Shown in pieces: positions 50,380 to 63,064 of a stretch of DNA of 64,000 nucleotides. The translations under genes were made by a program, and so were the position numbers. The stretch spans positions 6,386,001-6,450,000 of the forward strand of contig CM102284.1 of assembly GCA_046563655.1 (NCBI GenBank), in the 5' to 3' direction. The stretch is from Yuukianura sp. NJ FZ-2021 (lineage: Eukaryota). The notes under the pieces were generated by a model that made no database searches, was not told the origin of the DNA, and saw nothing but the letters and a program-made list of their open reading frames with translations. The stretch's first letter is position 1, and every line of letters starts with the position of its first letter.

Positions 50380-52265
50380 AGGAGAAAGTAAAGATGTACT
50401 TTTTAGTACAAGCTGAAAGACGCTAAAAGCCATGCTCCTCGTTTTATCCAAACAAGATCTTATGACGCTACTACTGGCAGTATTCCAAGTAGTGCTGCTA
50501 GAATAGAAATATCGATTATCTTAGTAAATCCAGCCTAACCTAACCTTATGTTAAAAGAAGACAGGAAACTTTCCATGTTCATGTGAAAACTTCCTTCCTT
50601 CTTCCTCTTCTCTTTTTTGCACTGCAATATTAATCTGGGAATCTCTAACATTTATCTAGCTAAAACTTTTACAAAAAACTAAACAAAAAGTGGGAGAAAG
50701 TACAAGGAAAGAGAGAAAGCTTTGCCAAAAATTTTCTGCGCCAAAAAATATTCAGCGAGAAAGTTTGGCTTGTAACTCTGCTTTGTTTTAGATAAAAAAA
50801 ATTTAGTAGAAATAATAAGCAGATCCATAGTAATAATTTTTATGAGGAAATGGATTCTGCTTTCGTCGCTCCTGCTGGTGAAAGTGTATTACTTTTTGGA
50901 AACTGTTTATGAAAAAAGCAAAGTGTACCACAACTTACTGCTTTTTTCTCTTTTAAGCGAAAATGCTTGCAATCCGAATTAATTTAATGGTGGCAGCGGG
51001 GAGGCTGCTTAAGTACCAAATGGAGAAAGTAAGTCCAGTTTGTAGGTCATGAGCAACATTAAACCAAAAAAAAATGTGACATGAGAAAGGATTTTGGCGT
51101 AGGAATTGCTCTGAAACAATTTCTTTTTGAAAAAAATTGAAAAAGAAGAAAGTTTTTGGAACTTTCCCAAAGCACGAGTTCATAAACTTTAGATATACAT
51201 ATAAACATAAATTTTAGAGGACACAGTTTCACGCCGGTTGGCAATTTTTGTCTCCAATTGAAATTCAAAATTTTCAAAAATTTTCACAGATTGCTTGAAC
51301 TGATGTCATTCAACAATTTTTTTCATAAATCATTATTTCTTTGCCGGCAAACTGCAGGTATTGAAGCCCCTTTGACTAATTAATGTATAACTGCAATTCA
51401 ATTAATAATAAAAACATTATATATATTAAAATAAATAGTACATAATATAAATTATTAATATAGATAATTAGTAAAAATCAAAGTAAATAAATAATGAAAC
51501 AACAATTAAGTAAACTTAATAAATTAAAAAACCACTATAAAAATGTAGAAAAAGGGTCATGATGATGATGAATAGGAAAAGCAAATCAGAGAAATTAACT
51601 TCCATAGTTTAATTAAAATTTTGATTAGAGTTTCGGTTCTAATTTGAGCTCTTGAATGATTTAATTTGCGTTGATTGACATTCCATGGTGTTTTGAATAA
51701 TAATGAAATTGGTTCAGCCTTTTTCGTGTCACTAGACTTTCACTTTTGATTAACTTTCTCCACCCAGATTTCATTCATGCACATTCTACGTTTTGTCGCT
51801 CTGAAAATTCCAAAAGTTCAGGACAGAAATGCAATTGTTTAATTTTTATGTTTGTTCTCATTTTTGATTGCGTTACCTAATGTTTGACATGAATTTTAAC
51901 ATGGTCTATCATATCCCACCTCCTTCATCATTAATGTTTGACACGACCCAAAACCAACTTTTCATCAATCACTTTCTTCAAAAATTTTTTAACATGAAAG
52001 TTAACATAATTTGGTGAAAGCGTGGAAATTGAAAGGGGGAGGCAACACTTCCTGAATTTATTTTCACACTTCCAAAAATAAGTGTGGGTTTTCTATGGCC
52101 CACGCAGACACAAAGTGAAAGTCAAATTCAATTGCCAATGTGCTTTCAAACCAAATTACAAGAAAAAAAAATCACAAAAGATGAACTTTTGAGGTCATGG
52201 AAGTATATTATTAACGCCACCCACTCAAACTCCAGTTCTAAATTTAGAATAAAATTCAAAAGAAC
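50380..52265. repeat. Noncoding segmental duplication, copy 1
   Basis: Collinear blocks shared with 58180-60840, e.g. GAATAGAAATATCGATTATCTTAGTAAATCCAGCCTAACCTAACCTTATGTTAAAAGAAG. Confidence 0.85.
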
Positions 52266-52418
52266 AATTATTAATAACTTAAAATAATTAAAAGTAATTC
52301 TTATTACGAGCAACCTGGAAGGTTTTATTCGTTTTTAATCATGTCAGAAAAGGCTGTAGAGGAAGACTGAATAGTTTGAGGTAACTGGGATCCAAGATTT
52401 AAGTTTAAAAGCTGGTTT

Positions 52419-52772
52419 CTACTTTGATGTTGATGACGTTGTTATTCTAATTCCGTGCATTTCTTTGACCTCTTCTGCTAGTACATTATTAACTAGTTGA
52501 TGCTGCCTCACCCTTGTGAGACCATCGAATTCAGGAGACTCTACGTAAATTTCAAACATAGCACCGCATCCACCTGAAAGATGAAAGGTCAGAGGTCAAA
52601 CATGAGTTGGATTTAAAAATAACACTGGATATTTAGTTTCTCTACCTGATATATCTTCTATTTTGATTGCAGAGGCTCTAGGGAATCCTGTCTGTAGTTT
52701 CTGGCGTAACATGGCTTCGGTGACCTTTGGCCCAGTGGAACTTAAAAGGCGTGATAGCATTTGTTTGAGCAT
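52419..52772 (-). CDS. BOLA3: BolA-like protein 3 (mitochondrial Fe-S assembly)
   Basis: Two exons: MLKQMLSRLLSS..IEDISG|GCGAMFEIYVESPEFDGLTRVRQHQLVNNVLAEEVKEMHGIRI. Not present in the ORF track. Confidence 0.92.
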
Positions 52773-53293
52773 TCTAAAATTTAGTAAGGACCTGGAACAA
52801 AAACAAAGGCTTAAGAAATGACATTATGAGGTTGAGCGTCGTCATCATTCTTTTGTCATGTAACAGGATGGGAGGAGATAAATATTTCAAACAAAGCAGA
52901 AAAGTTATGTTTGAAGATCACATTTGAGTTGAAAGGGGGAGTTTTAGGTCTAACTTTAAGTAAGAAATTTATTGAAAGAAAGCAATTCCGTTCAAAAAGT
53001 TTTTACATCTGACGACATCCGTTTTCAATTCTTTAACAGTTCTGCAAGGTCAGTTTGGTAGAAAGTGAGAGATTTTGAAAAACGGGAAACTGAAGACGAG
53101 TCACCACATTGTATTTCGGTTTAATTCTCGCTTTCGCAATTGTTTTTACAAGTTGAGTGAAAGTCAATACAGAAAATACGGAATAACAGGGAAGGCGCGG
53201 AACTAGTGGTTTGAATTGCACAGATTTTCCTCTGGACAAAAGTGTCTCTGGACTGTCTGGACAAAAGTGTTGTAATTGATTAGTGCGATAGCG

Positions 53294-55284
53294 ATGGATG
53301 AGCCAGAAGTTATCAACGAAGGGGACGAAGAATACAAGGATGACCTTGACCTTTCGGGTCATGGCTCTGAAGATCACGGTTCTGAAGACCTACTGCCCCC
53401 TGATCTGTATACTACTGAGCAACAGAATGACCTTGACACTGACTTACGTTCAGAGCCCGGAAAGACTGGTTGGGTGAGCACTGCTCTCCTAATTGTCAAT
53501 GCTGCCCTTGGAGCCGGTTTACTGGACTTCCCACAAGCAGTCGGTCAAGCAGGCGGAGTATTCGTGGCCTCTGCAGTTCAATTAGTAAGTCAATTAATCA
53601 GTAATTTGCTAAATTATTTCCGTTTTCCTCGTGGATTTGTTTTGACTTTCACTTTATGAATATTTTACAATTCAAAAACAAATTCCCGCGAAATCTGACG
53701 AAAGGCGGGGCCAAGTGCTGTCTAATCCTCGGAAAACTGTGAATCTGCAGATCGAACTTTCTCCAATCTAAATTTTATAAGAATTTTCTTAAATATAAAT
53801 TACTATAAAATATTATATTTCTGCATTTTAACATATAAGATAATGTAACTAAACTGCTTTTCTTTCATAATTTTAGGTCTTGATGGTATTCATCGTTAGC
53901 GCTCTGGTTATCTTAGCTTACGCTTCAGATTTTAACGGAGCAGCGACGCTTCAGGAAGTACTGTTCTACGCATGGGGCGGACCAGGACGTCGGTTTACTT
54001 CCATTTGTATTGCAATCTACTGCTTCGGAACTTGCGTTACCTTCCTCATCATCATTGGAGACCAATCTGATCGCGGTAAGTTAAACAAAATCGCACATGA
54101 TCTGCCATTTTCTAACTTTCACCGGTGTAAGAAAAAAATGTTTCCAATTTTCAGTGTTTGCTTCCCTCATTGGACCAAACTTTTGTCATTGGTGGTACTT
54201 GGACAGGAAGTTCACGATTACCGTCACGTCGCTTTTGATGTTGCCACTTTGCTTTTCTAAAAGAATTGACTTCCTCAGACATGCCAGGTAACACCTCCAA
54301 GACCAACACAACAAAAATTGACACAAATCAAAAGTTGTTCACATTTTCGATTTCGTTTTCAGTTCTCTTGGAGTATTGTCTGTGATTTACGTCGTCTTGC
54401 TCATAATTGCTCAGTACTTCAAAGGAAGCTACATCCCAGGACCAATCAAGACTGGACCAGACGCATGGCCTGACCTCTTCCTAGCAATGCCAGTCATCTG
54501 CTTCTGCTACCAATGTCACGTCAGTATTATTCCGATCTACGCTTGCATGAAGGAACGGAATCTGACCGCTTTTATGCGTGCTGCCGGGGTGGCCATGCTC
54601 ATTTGTATCGTCACGTACTCCATCGCAGCCACTTTTGGGTACTGGACTTTCGGAAGTAAAGTGGAAAGCGACATTTTGGAATCTTACGATGCTCACGATC
54701 CTAGTGTACTCATTGCCATTGGCGCAATTGCAATCAAGTCTTACACGACATACCCGATTTTGCTATTTTGCGGCAGGTTAGTTAGTTAAAAACACAAGGT
54801 TAATTGTGATTGATGCAATGAATTTGAATAATTATGTTTTACTTACAGGGAAGCCATAAGTAGCCTAGTCATCGAGTGTGGCCTTACTTTACCTGAGAAG
54901 CCTCGACGCATTTTGGTAACTGCTGAACTTTCTCTTTTGGAAAATGTTGAATTTTTTGAAAAAATGTCAATTTTTTGAAAATTTTACTTTTACTTTTAGA
55001 TTGCATCAACTTGGTTCTTTTCTTCTTTGGTGCTCGCAATTGTGCTTCCGAATATTGGATCTGTGATCAAACTCATCGGCTCGCTAGCGGCACTTTTCAT
55101 TTTCATTTTTCCTGGATTGTGTCTTTTGCGAATCGCAGATCTACGAAACAGCTCCAACTTAAATTTCTTCAGCTTCACTTTTTTGACCATGGGAACCTTC
55201 ATTTTCGGAGTGGTGCTGACTCAAGGAATCCAGTATTTGACGGACACGTCTAAAACTATGGAACTCCCGTTATGTATAGTCTAA
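53294..55284 (+). CDS. SLC38A7: Sodium-coupled neutral amino acid transporter SLC38A7/8-like
   Basis: LIVNAALGAGLLDFP, YCFGTCVTFLIIIGDQ, PVICFCYQCH, TTYPILLFCGR and IGSLAALFIFIFPGLCL. Confidence 0.88.
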
Positions 55285-55289
55285 CTTTA

Positions 55290-55535
55290 ATAATTTAATT
55301 TTGAGCTCATTTTTTAATCTAATTTTGTCGGATCACAATTTTTCCAAACTATAATTTAATTTTGAGCTCATTTTTTAATCTAATTTTGTCAAATCACAAT
55401 TTTTCCAAACTATAATTTAATTTTGAGCTCATTTTTTAATCTAATTTTGTCAAATCACAATTTTTCCAAACTATAATTTAATTTTGAGCTCATATTTCAA
55501 TCCAATTTTGTCATGAATCACAATTTTTCCAAACT
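55290..55535 (+). repeat. Tandem repeat, 61-bp unit x4
   Basis: Units start at 55290, 55351, 55412 and 55473 (ATAATTTAATTTTGAGCTCATTTTTTAATCTAATTTTGTCAAATCACAATTTTTCCAAACT). Confidence 0.95.
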
Positions 55536-55605
55536 TTTACAATTTTCTGAAACTTTTCTGCACAATTAATACAGACTGACAGACTTCGCCAGAACACCAT
55601 TTTTT

Positions 55606-57959
55606 CTAGCAGTAGTAGTCACCGCTGCACGGTGGTGAGCAGTATGCTGAGCATGCGCAAGGATCGCATACTTGGCAGCACTGCCAAGCATCAGAATAGT
55701 CAGAATCCTCCAGCATCGTGGGGCGTCTGCTGCTTTCTCTTAGTGTTACATTCGATTGTGGGGCTGACGGGTTCGAATCCCACCGAGGTCGGCGGGACAG
55801 CGGGAATGGATTTGGGGCAATGAGGCTGATGGTGTGACCTCTGCCGACATTTAGTCTTACACCTCTATGGTTTCCATGGAACTTCAAATGGACAGAATCC
55901 AAATCCAAAATGTGCAAACTCATGAACGAATTCATTTTTTGTAGAATGCGTTGGCCACCGCCGTTCCAGCGCCAGCGATGAGCTTGTCCACTGCTGTCTA
56001 CTTGAAAACCACCGTCCAGATCGTATCGAAGTCTAAAAAATTGGGCAAGTTAACATAAAAATTTATGTCAAATTGATCGATTTGATCAAAAAATTTTCTC
56101 AAACTTACTTTGTTGCTCCTTGATTGTTGTAGACCACTCCGATGCCAAGTGTATTGAAGCCACCCAGCAGCGATTTGTCCAGGAAGTAGAATCCTTCCAG
56201 TGGATCCCTGAACACGAGAACTTGATGTGCTGAAATTTACATAAATTGGACAATCGTCACTTGTCATGCGCCATTTTGAACTCGAGTGACATGTTACTTG
56301 GATGTGGAGCTGAAATGGCCATCGCAAGACCTCCATGTGGATAGAAAACGAGCGAAGAGCCATTTCGATAGGAAGAAACAAAAGTGGAGCCGTCCGGGTA
56401 GAAGCGACAACCGTTGCGACATCCAGAGTTCCACTCTTCGCTACATTTATAAGTGTAAGTAAGTAGACATTTTTGAAATTTCAAAATTTTATGAAAGTAT
56501 TAGTTTTATGAAAATTTTGATACCCAGGGAAGCGTTTTCGGACGTATGACATGAGGATGTTGGGAGGCGGGATGGTTCCTAGAAGCGATTTGATTGGTTT
56601 CTTGATAAACTGAGTGGCCAACTCCCATGACGAGTATTCGTTTGTCTCTGTTTCGCCTTCATCTTCACCACAATCTTCGTACTTGTACTTGGAAGATCCT
56701 TCACCATCGCTGCCATCAGCCCACAGTTGTTCTGGATCAAGACGCTTTCGGAACAACAAATTTCCAATTTTCAAAATTTTGGAAAAATTTCATATAAAAA
56801 TGAATTTTGGTAAGGAAATTGTTTTTGGTACATTTTTCTGTCCTTTGCGATCCGAAATCGGTGGGAATTTCTCTCCCTTGCCTTCGAGACCTCGGTTTTT
56901 CTTGGATCTAGACTTCAATTCTTCCAGCCTTCGTTTCTCTTCGGCCTCTCTGTTCTGGAATGAACAGAGAAAGTGAAACTTCAAAATTTTGATTTTCTAA
57001 AAGATTTTGAAAAGCTTTTTGAAAATCCTGGTTAGTACAAGTCTCTGCTGCTCGCTTCTGGTCATCAACGGCGGAAGTTTCTCTGAATCTGGACCGCCGT
57101 CGCGACGTTTCTTTTGACGAGAATCTCGGAGCTTCTCTTCCTCCAACCTGCGCAATTTCTCTTGCTCTTTGCGCAACTTTTCTTGTTCTCTGCGAAACTT
57201 TTCTGGGTCTAATCTCCGTAACTTTTCTTGTTCTTTGCGCAACTTTTCTTGCTCTCTACGCAGTTTTTCTTCTTTTGACCTTCCACGATAGTTTTCTTGT
57301 TCCGACTCACTCTCGTCGTTGCTTCCACGTCCACGTCGGTTTTTCTTGATTCTGAATGCATCTGGATGGTGACCTTCGACATGCTCAAATCGATCATTGT
57401 CGGAGTCTTTCTTTCGGCGGTTCTTCGGATCTTGCTTGTCATAGAAACGTTTTTTATCTTGTGTCGAAGTTATTCGATTCAGATGAACAAACACGGAGTT
57501 TTTAGGAAGCTTGTGGCCATGCATACGCCGGAAAAGAGTGGAAGGAGATGGGTCTCGCTTGTCTCTTTTTGAGGGAAGGGAGGTCAAAGGTCGAATGACC
57601 TCGTGACATGGCCTGCCCTCTCCAGAAGAGTAAAGTGTTCTACCAGATCGACTGATTAGTTTCTGCTGAGAGTAGATGGACAAACGCTTCTGTTTTGGAC
57701 GGAAACAACAACTGTCAGCATCTCCACATTCCAAAATACTGCCAAGCACATTTCGGTAGTGCTCGGAGGGAAAGACGCGTGGTGATGGAACACGGGATTC
57801 TGTAGAGAGGTGACAAGTTGTTACCAAAATTTTAAAAAAGTTGACCTTTGACCTTGTACCTTCTGCTGAGGGTGACTGGAAGGCTTGACTTCTTTTCCGC
57901 AGCACTTCGGCCAACAACTCCTCCATTTGCATTTTTCCCTCTTCCCCATTTCCAGCCAT
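55606..57959 (-). CDS. FAM194/ERICH6-like domain protein with charged coiled-coil N-terminal half
   Basis: RFYPDGSTFVSSYRNGSSLVFYPHGGLAMAIS and G.G.I..P.G..(L)V..WRW-type exons resemble the FAM194 domain. Duplicated RREQEKLRKEQEKLRRL; Cys-rich tail. Confidence 0.55.
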
Positions 57960-58179
57960 TCTGAAAGTACTGTGCAAAGTTCTTAAAAAATTGTGAAAAG
58001 CATGAACTGTTTCGATTTTTGAAGAAAAAACGCAATGCTGAAGCGTTTTTTTCTTGTATTGCGTCATAAACTATACTTGTTTGTTTCTAAGCACTTCCGC
58101 AGGGCTCCGTCGGCATGCAAGTGAAAGTTTTCACTTTTTTGTAACGTTTTCTTTTGTAATGCAACAAAATTGTTCATGG

Positions 58180-60840
58180 AAGGAGAAAGCAGGATTTTTT
58201 AGTACAAGCTAAAATGGAAAGAACCCAGAAGCTATGCTCCTGTCCAGCCAAACGAGATCTTTCGAAGCTACTACTGCCAGTATTCCAAGTACTACTGCTG
58301 GAATAGAAATATCGATTATCTTAGTAAATCCAGCCTAACCTAACCTTATGTTAAAAGAAGCAAGGAAACTTTTCATGTTCATGTGAAAACTTCCTTCCTC
58401 CTTCCTCCGTCTTCTCTCTTTTGTATCTTCTGCTACAATATTAATCTGGGAATCTCTACGTTAATCTAAGCTCAAACTTTTACAAAAACTAACCAAGCAA
58501 TGGAAAAAATACAAGAAAAGTGGAGAAACCTTTGCAAAAAAAATGTCCTTTACAAACAAAAGTAATTCAACGAAAAAAAAGTTGACCTAAACTTTCTTTT
58601 TAAACAGAAAGCTAAGAAATCCGTAAAAGTAACTTTCATGTTGAAAAAAGACTCCGCTTTGTTACTTATTTTGCTCCTCATGCTGGCAATGGTGAAAGTA
58701 TTTACTTTTTGAAACAAAATGTTCATGAAAAAGTGAAGTGTGCGGAAACTAAGGTTTGGTGCACTTTAGTTTTTAAGTGAAAATGCTTCCTGATGCTGTT
58801 CGAATTAATGGTGGTTTCACGAGAGTGCCTAAGTACGTCCTGTTGGTAGGTCATGGAAAGTCACCATTAGCAGAACAAGTAAAAGAGACATGAAATATGT
58901 TTCGGAAGCATTTTGGATAGCATTTTCTCCTAAATAAAAAGAAAGAGAAAGTTTTGGAGCTTTCCCAAAAAACACAAGTTCATAAATATTTGTTAGTTTA
59001 AAAAAAGTTCGACGCCACTCAATGTTTTATGGAAAGAAATTATTTTAATTTTACACATAAAATATGCTTGACGGCGCTAACGCCTGGTTTATAGTCTCAC
59101 TCTTCACTTCATGCTCACTTCACTGTTATGTCGCTTTCATTCTCACTTTTTATGCGAGTGAACTATAAATTACGCTTACAGTTTCACTACAACGTCATGT
59201 CGTGGTCACTTCACTTTCAGTGTCAATTCACTTTGCAAAAAGTATAAATAGAAAAGGCGAAAACCGAAAGTGAACAACTCAGCTGTGTTCTAATTTTTGT
59301 TAGATAATTTTGATTTTCAAAATAAAATGGGGTCAGCATTATTGACAGCATTAATTTCCATCGTATTTGCAAAAATAGTCGTTTTTGAACAAATCAGAGA
59401 TGAACTGAAAAAGTAAAAATGAATACATTCAATTTTCACTCCGTCGTCACTTTGAAAAAAGTTGAGTTCAGTTCAACTTTGAAAAAGTGAAGGAAAAGTG
59501 ACGACGAAGTGATATGAAAGTGAAACTCAAAATAAGCAGCGAGTGAAAGAGGAAGTGAGGAGGAAACGAAAGTGAGACAGGGATGATCACATCCTCATCA
59601 CTTCCTACTCTAAATACGACAAAGTGACGGAGGAAGTGAAGTTCAGCACAAAAGTGAAGTGAAAAGTGAGACTATAAACCAGGCGTAAAGTGTTTCAGAA
59701 TTCAGAAGATTTTTTTTTCAAAATTTTTTTTTTATTTTTAGTTTTTTAATTTTTACTAGGGTTAATGAAAGATAGAAGGATAGTTAAAATGAAAATACGT
59801 TAACTTTTCATAGTTTGATTAAGATTTTAATTCGATTTTCAGTTTTCATTTGAGAGCGTGAATGTTTTAATATGCGTTCAGTGACATTCCATGGTGTTTT
59901 GAATAATAATGAAATTGGGATAGACTTTTTCGTGTCGCTAGACTTTCACTTTTGATTAACTTTCTCCATCCAAATTTCATTCACAAACATTTCACGTTTT
60001 CTGGCTTTCAAAATTCCAAACGTTCAGGACGAAAATGGAATAATTTTATTTGCTACTTGTTAAGTTTTTAAATCTGATGTTTAATAAATAAAAATTCTAG
60101 TAGTTCAATGATTCATTAAAAAATAATAATAATTTATACATGTTTTAACTAAAAAGTACTAAACTAAACTAAATCGACGAGAGAATTAGAGAGTTCCAGT
60201 TATCTCATGTTACTTTGTACTAAACGACAATGTCTCTAGAGTAAAGGTTTTAATTTTTATAAACTAATCTAAAACAAATTAAATGTTTAAAATTGAAACT
60301 ATTTTACAAACTAACAACTATTAATATTTTGTCTAACATGAGATAGTCCGTGTCTTTTTTAGTACTAAATTACAATAATAATATTGTAATATTCTAGGCA
60401 CTATTTGTTGGAAATGATCATGTCCCATGTTCATTCATCATATTTGACACGACCCAAATCCAACATCTCATCAATCACTTGTTCGAAACTTTGTTAGCAT
60501 GAACTTTAACTTTTCTTTTCGTTCTCCGCGTTTTTTTTGATTTAGTAATACTGAGTGGGCATTTGGTGAAAGTGTGGAAATTGAAATATGGGAGGCAACA
60601 CTTCCTCAATTGATTTTCACACTTCCAAAATAAGTGTGGGTTTTCTATGGCCCACACAACAATAAATTAGTTTAAGGAAGACATGGCACAAAGTGAGTCA
60701 AATTCAATTTTCAATTGGCTTTCATACCAAATTACAAAAAAAAATCATAAAAGCTGAAGTTTTGAGGTAATAAAAGAAAATTATGAGCACCCGCCCACTC
60801 AAAGTTTCACCAAGTTTTAGAATTCAAATTCAAGGAAACA
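58180..60840. repeat. Noncoding segmental duplication, copy 2 (interrupted by a MITE and AT-rich insertions)
   Basis: Collinear with 50380-52265. Confidence 0.85.
59081..59685. mobile_element. 605-bp MITE, PIF/Harbinger (Tourist)-type
   Basis: TIRs CGCCTGGTTTATAGTCTCACT / AGTGAGACTATAAACCAGGCG. TAA flanks both sides (59078-80, 59686-88). Subterminal TTCACT/AGTGAA repeats; no ORF. Confidence 0.88.
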
Positions 60841-61979
60841 ATTAATTCCGCAAAGAATTAAGCGTCTGTTGACCTTTTAATGTTTAGCATTAACTTTTTC
60901 AACTTTTAGTAAAATTTAATAATTGTAATCGCGAACTTTCACTTTTACTTTTACTTTCACATTCTTTTTTTTTAACTCCGTTAATAAAAAATTCAAACCG
61001 ACGCTGCAGGTTTAAACGGATTAATAGTTTAGATTCTTCTAACTTGGGAATTTAAATTGTGTGAAACTTTTGCTGGTTTTTCTCTGTTTTGCGTTTGATT
61101 TAAATATGATAGTATAAAACATAAAATAAGTAATATAAATCATTATTGCAAACTTTAAATTAAAAAAGTCAAAACTCAGAAGCAAGTTGGGTGTCAAACA
61201 GGTTACGTTTTTTTTTTTCATTTTGGATACCTTGAGCCTTAAAAAGAGAAAACATGTGACTTTAACAATTTTTTATATGTAAATTATTTAAATTTTTATA
61301 TGTAGCTCATTCTTTTTGAAAAGTCACAAAGAGAAAGTCACGTTATTGAAATTTTAACTTACTACGAAAGGCTACAAAATTTTACTTTTTAATTACTTTC
61401 TTTCTTATTGAAGAAACGAGAAGAAACGAGATTTGTTCCTTTTGCATTTCGATTTTTATCAATTTTGGAACAACTCATTTTTGAAACTTTTGAAACAAGT
61501 GTTACACTCACTCCAAGGAGTTACAAATGGTCCTACAGGGATTAGGCTAAGTTCTAAGATTAATTAATCAATTAATTAACTTTTAGAAACTAATTAACTA
61601 CTGTACGAGTATAACACATTAGGTTTTTTAAGTTCTACAAATTTTAGGCAACTTTTTCTGAGATTATTTCATTTTTAAAGTTATTGGTCAAAGATGAAAT
61701 GTAAGAGATTATTGTTATGTGGTCCTCCTAACGAGACATGTCTTAATTGTTAATTAAAAATTAAAGTTAAAATTGATCAAGAAAGAGAAAGAGAGCAAAG
61801 AGAGAGCCATTTCCAAAACAGTTTTCATAAGTTTTTCCAAAACTTTCAAAATCTTGTACCTTTTCCACCCGAATTTTCCATTTTTGTTCAAAACTTTAGT
61901 CACAAAGTTTATAAAGTTTTGCTATTTTTTGTAGGAATATTTTGGAAGTCTTTTTACGTTCTAAAAACCAGAGAAAACT

Positions 61980-63064
61980 TTAAGACAATGGTGGAAGTGA
62001 AAGCATTTTTTTCATATTTGCTCTTCTCATTTTCATTCGATCTTCTTCCGTTTTTGGAAAATCTCTAAAATCTACATCAGGAATAATGGTAATAATTTTA
62101 TCAGAGGGTGGACCACCTTCTGGATCTCCACCCTCGTCCAACTCCAATGACTCACCAAAGTTACTACCATCTTCAATTTTTGTGCTCGGGCCAAAGGTCA
62201 AGGTCGTTCGTCTCTTCTGTGTCACGTCTAACAAGGACTCTGCTTCCCTGAACTCTTCTTCTTCGTCTCCGTCTTCAAATAGAAACAAAATCAAAATTTT
62301 GGGTTAGATTTTTCAAAAAAGTTAGCTTTTTAGAAAGACAAAACTAGAGAAGCTCATCGTCCGGCCTCACCAGTGGCTCCTACAGTATTCAAAAGGCCTT
62401 CCAAAACTTCCAAATTCTTTTCCGTAATTTCAACTGTGCGAACCTTGGTTGATGGCGGGATGACTGCGTTGGAGAGGTGACGACCTTGACCTTGGTCCTT
62501 CTCAAGGTCTTCAGTTGACCCGTGCCCATGCGCCCGCAATTCTTCGAGTTTCTTCCTCCGTTCAAGCCACCAACTCACAATGATAACAATAATCTAGAAA
62601 AAAATTCAAAAGAAAGTAAAAAAAAATCACATAAAAATCCCGCAATGGATTTCTTCCTTTTCAGTAAAAGTTTTTTCAAAAGAAGATTTTTTGGAGAAAG
62701 TAAAATCTCACGATTTTTTTTCTATTGTTCACATCATCATTCTTTCAAGTGTCGCTGGGTAAGTGATTGATGATTCTGTACGTTATGCTACATTACACTT
62801 ACATTATTTTATTATGTACTTACATCTTATGCACATTATGCACACTAAAAGTAAGGTCACGTAACATAACTTATGTTAGACATTTTTACTTACCACAAGT
62901 AAAACGAGCATGCCAATAATGAAGAGCGGATCCAGAAAAAAGTAGTCGTCCATCCGCATCTCGGCGGTGTAAGAAACAGAAGCGGGTTGCGTTAAATTCG
63001 TTGTTGCGTTTTGATTGGTTGAGGCTCCTGAAGCAGCTCCGCCTGACGAACTTTTACCGCACAT
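61980..63064 (-). CDS. Single-pass (type III-like) membrane protein with acidic cytoplasmic tail, orphan
   Basis: Three exons join: MCGK..NAT.NLT..FIIGMLVLLV|IIVIIVSWWLERRKK..GAT|DGDEEEEF..LPPLS. No signal peptide; sequons lie before the TM and a basic stop-transfer follows it. Confidence 0.65.

Noticed and set aside
50533-50546. CCTAACCTAACCT (arthropod TTAGG telomere motif; also at ~58334)
   Set aside because: Fewer than three units, so too short to call an interstitial telomere or telomerase template; covered as part of the duplication.
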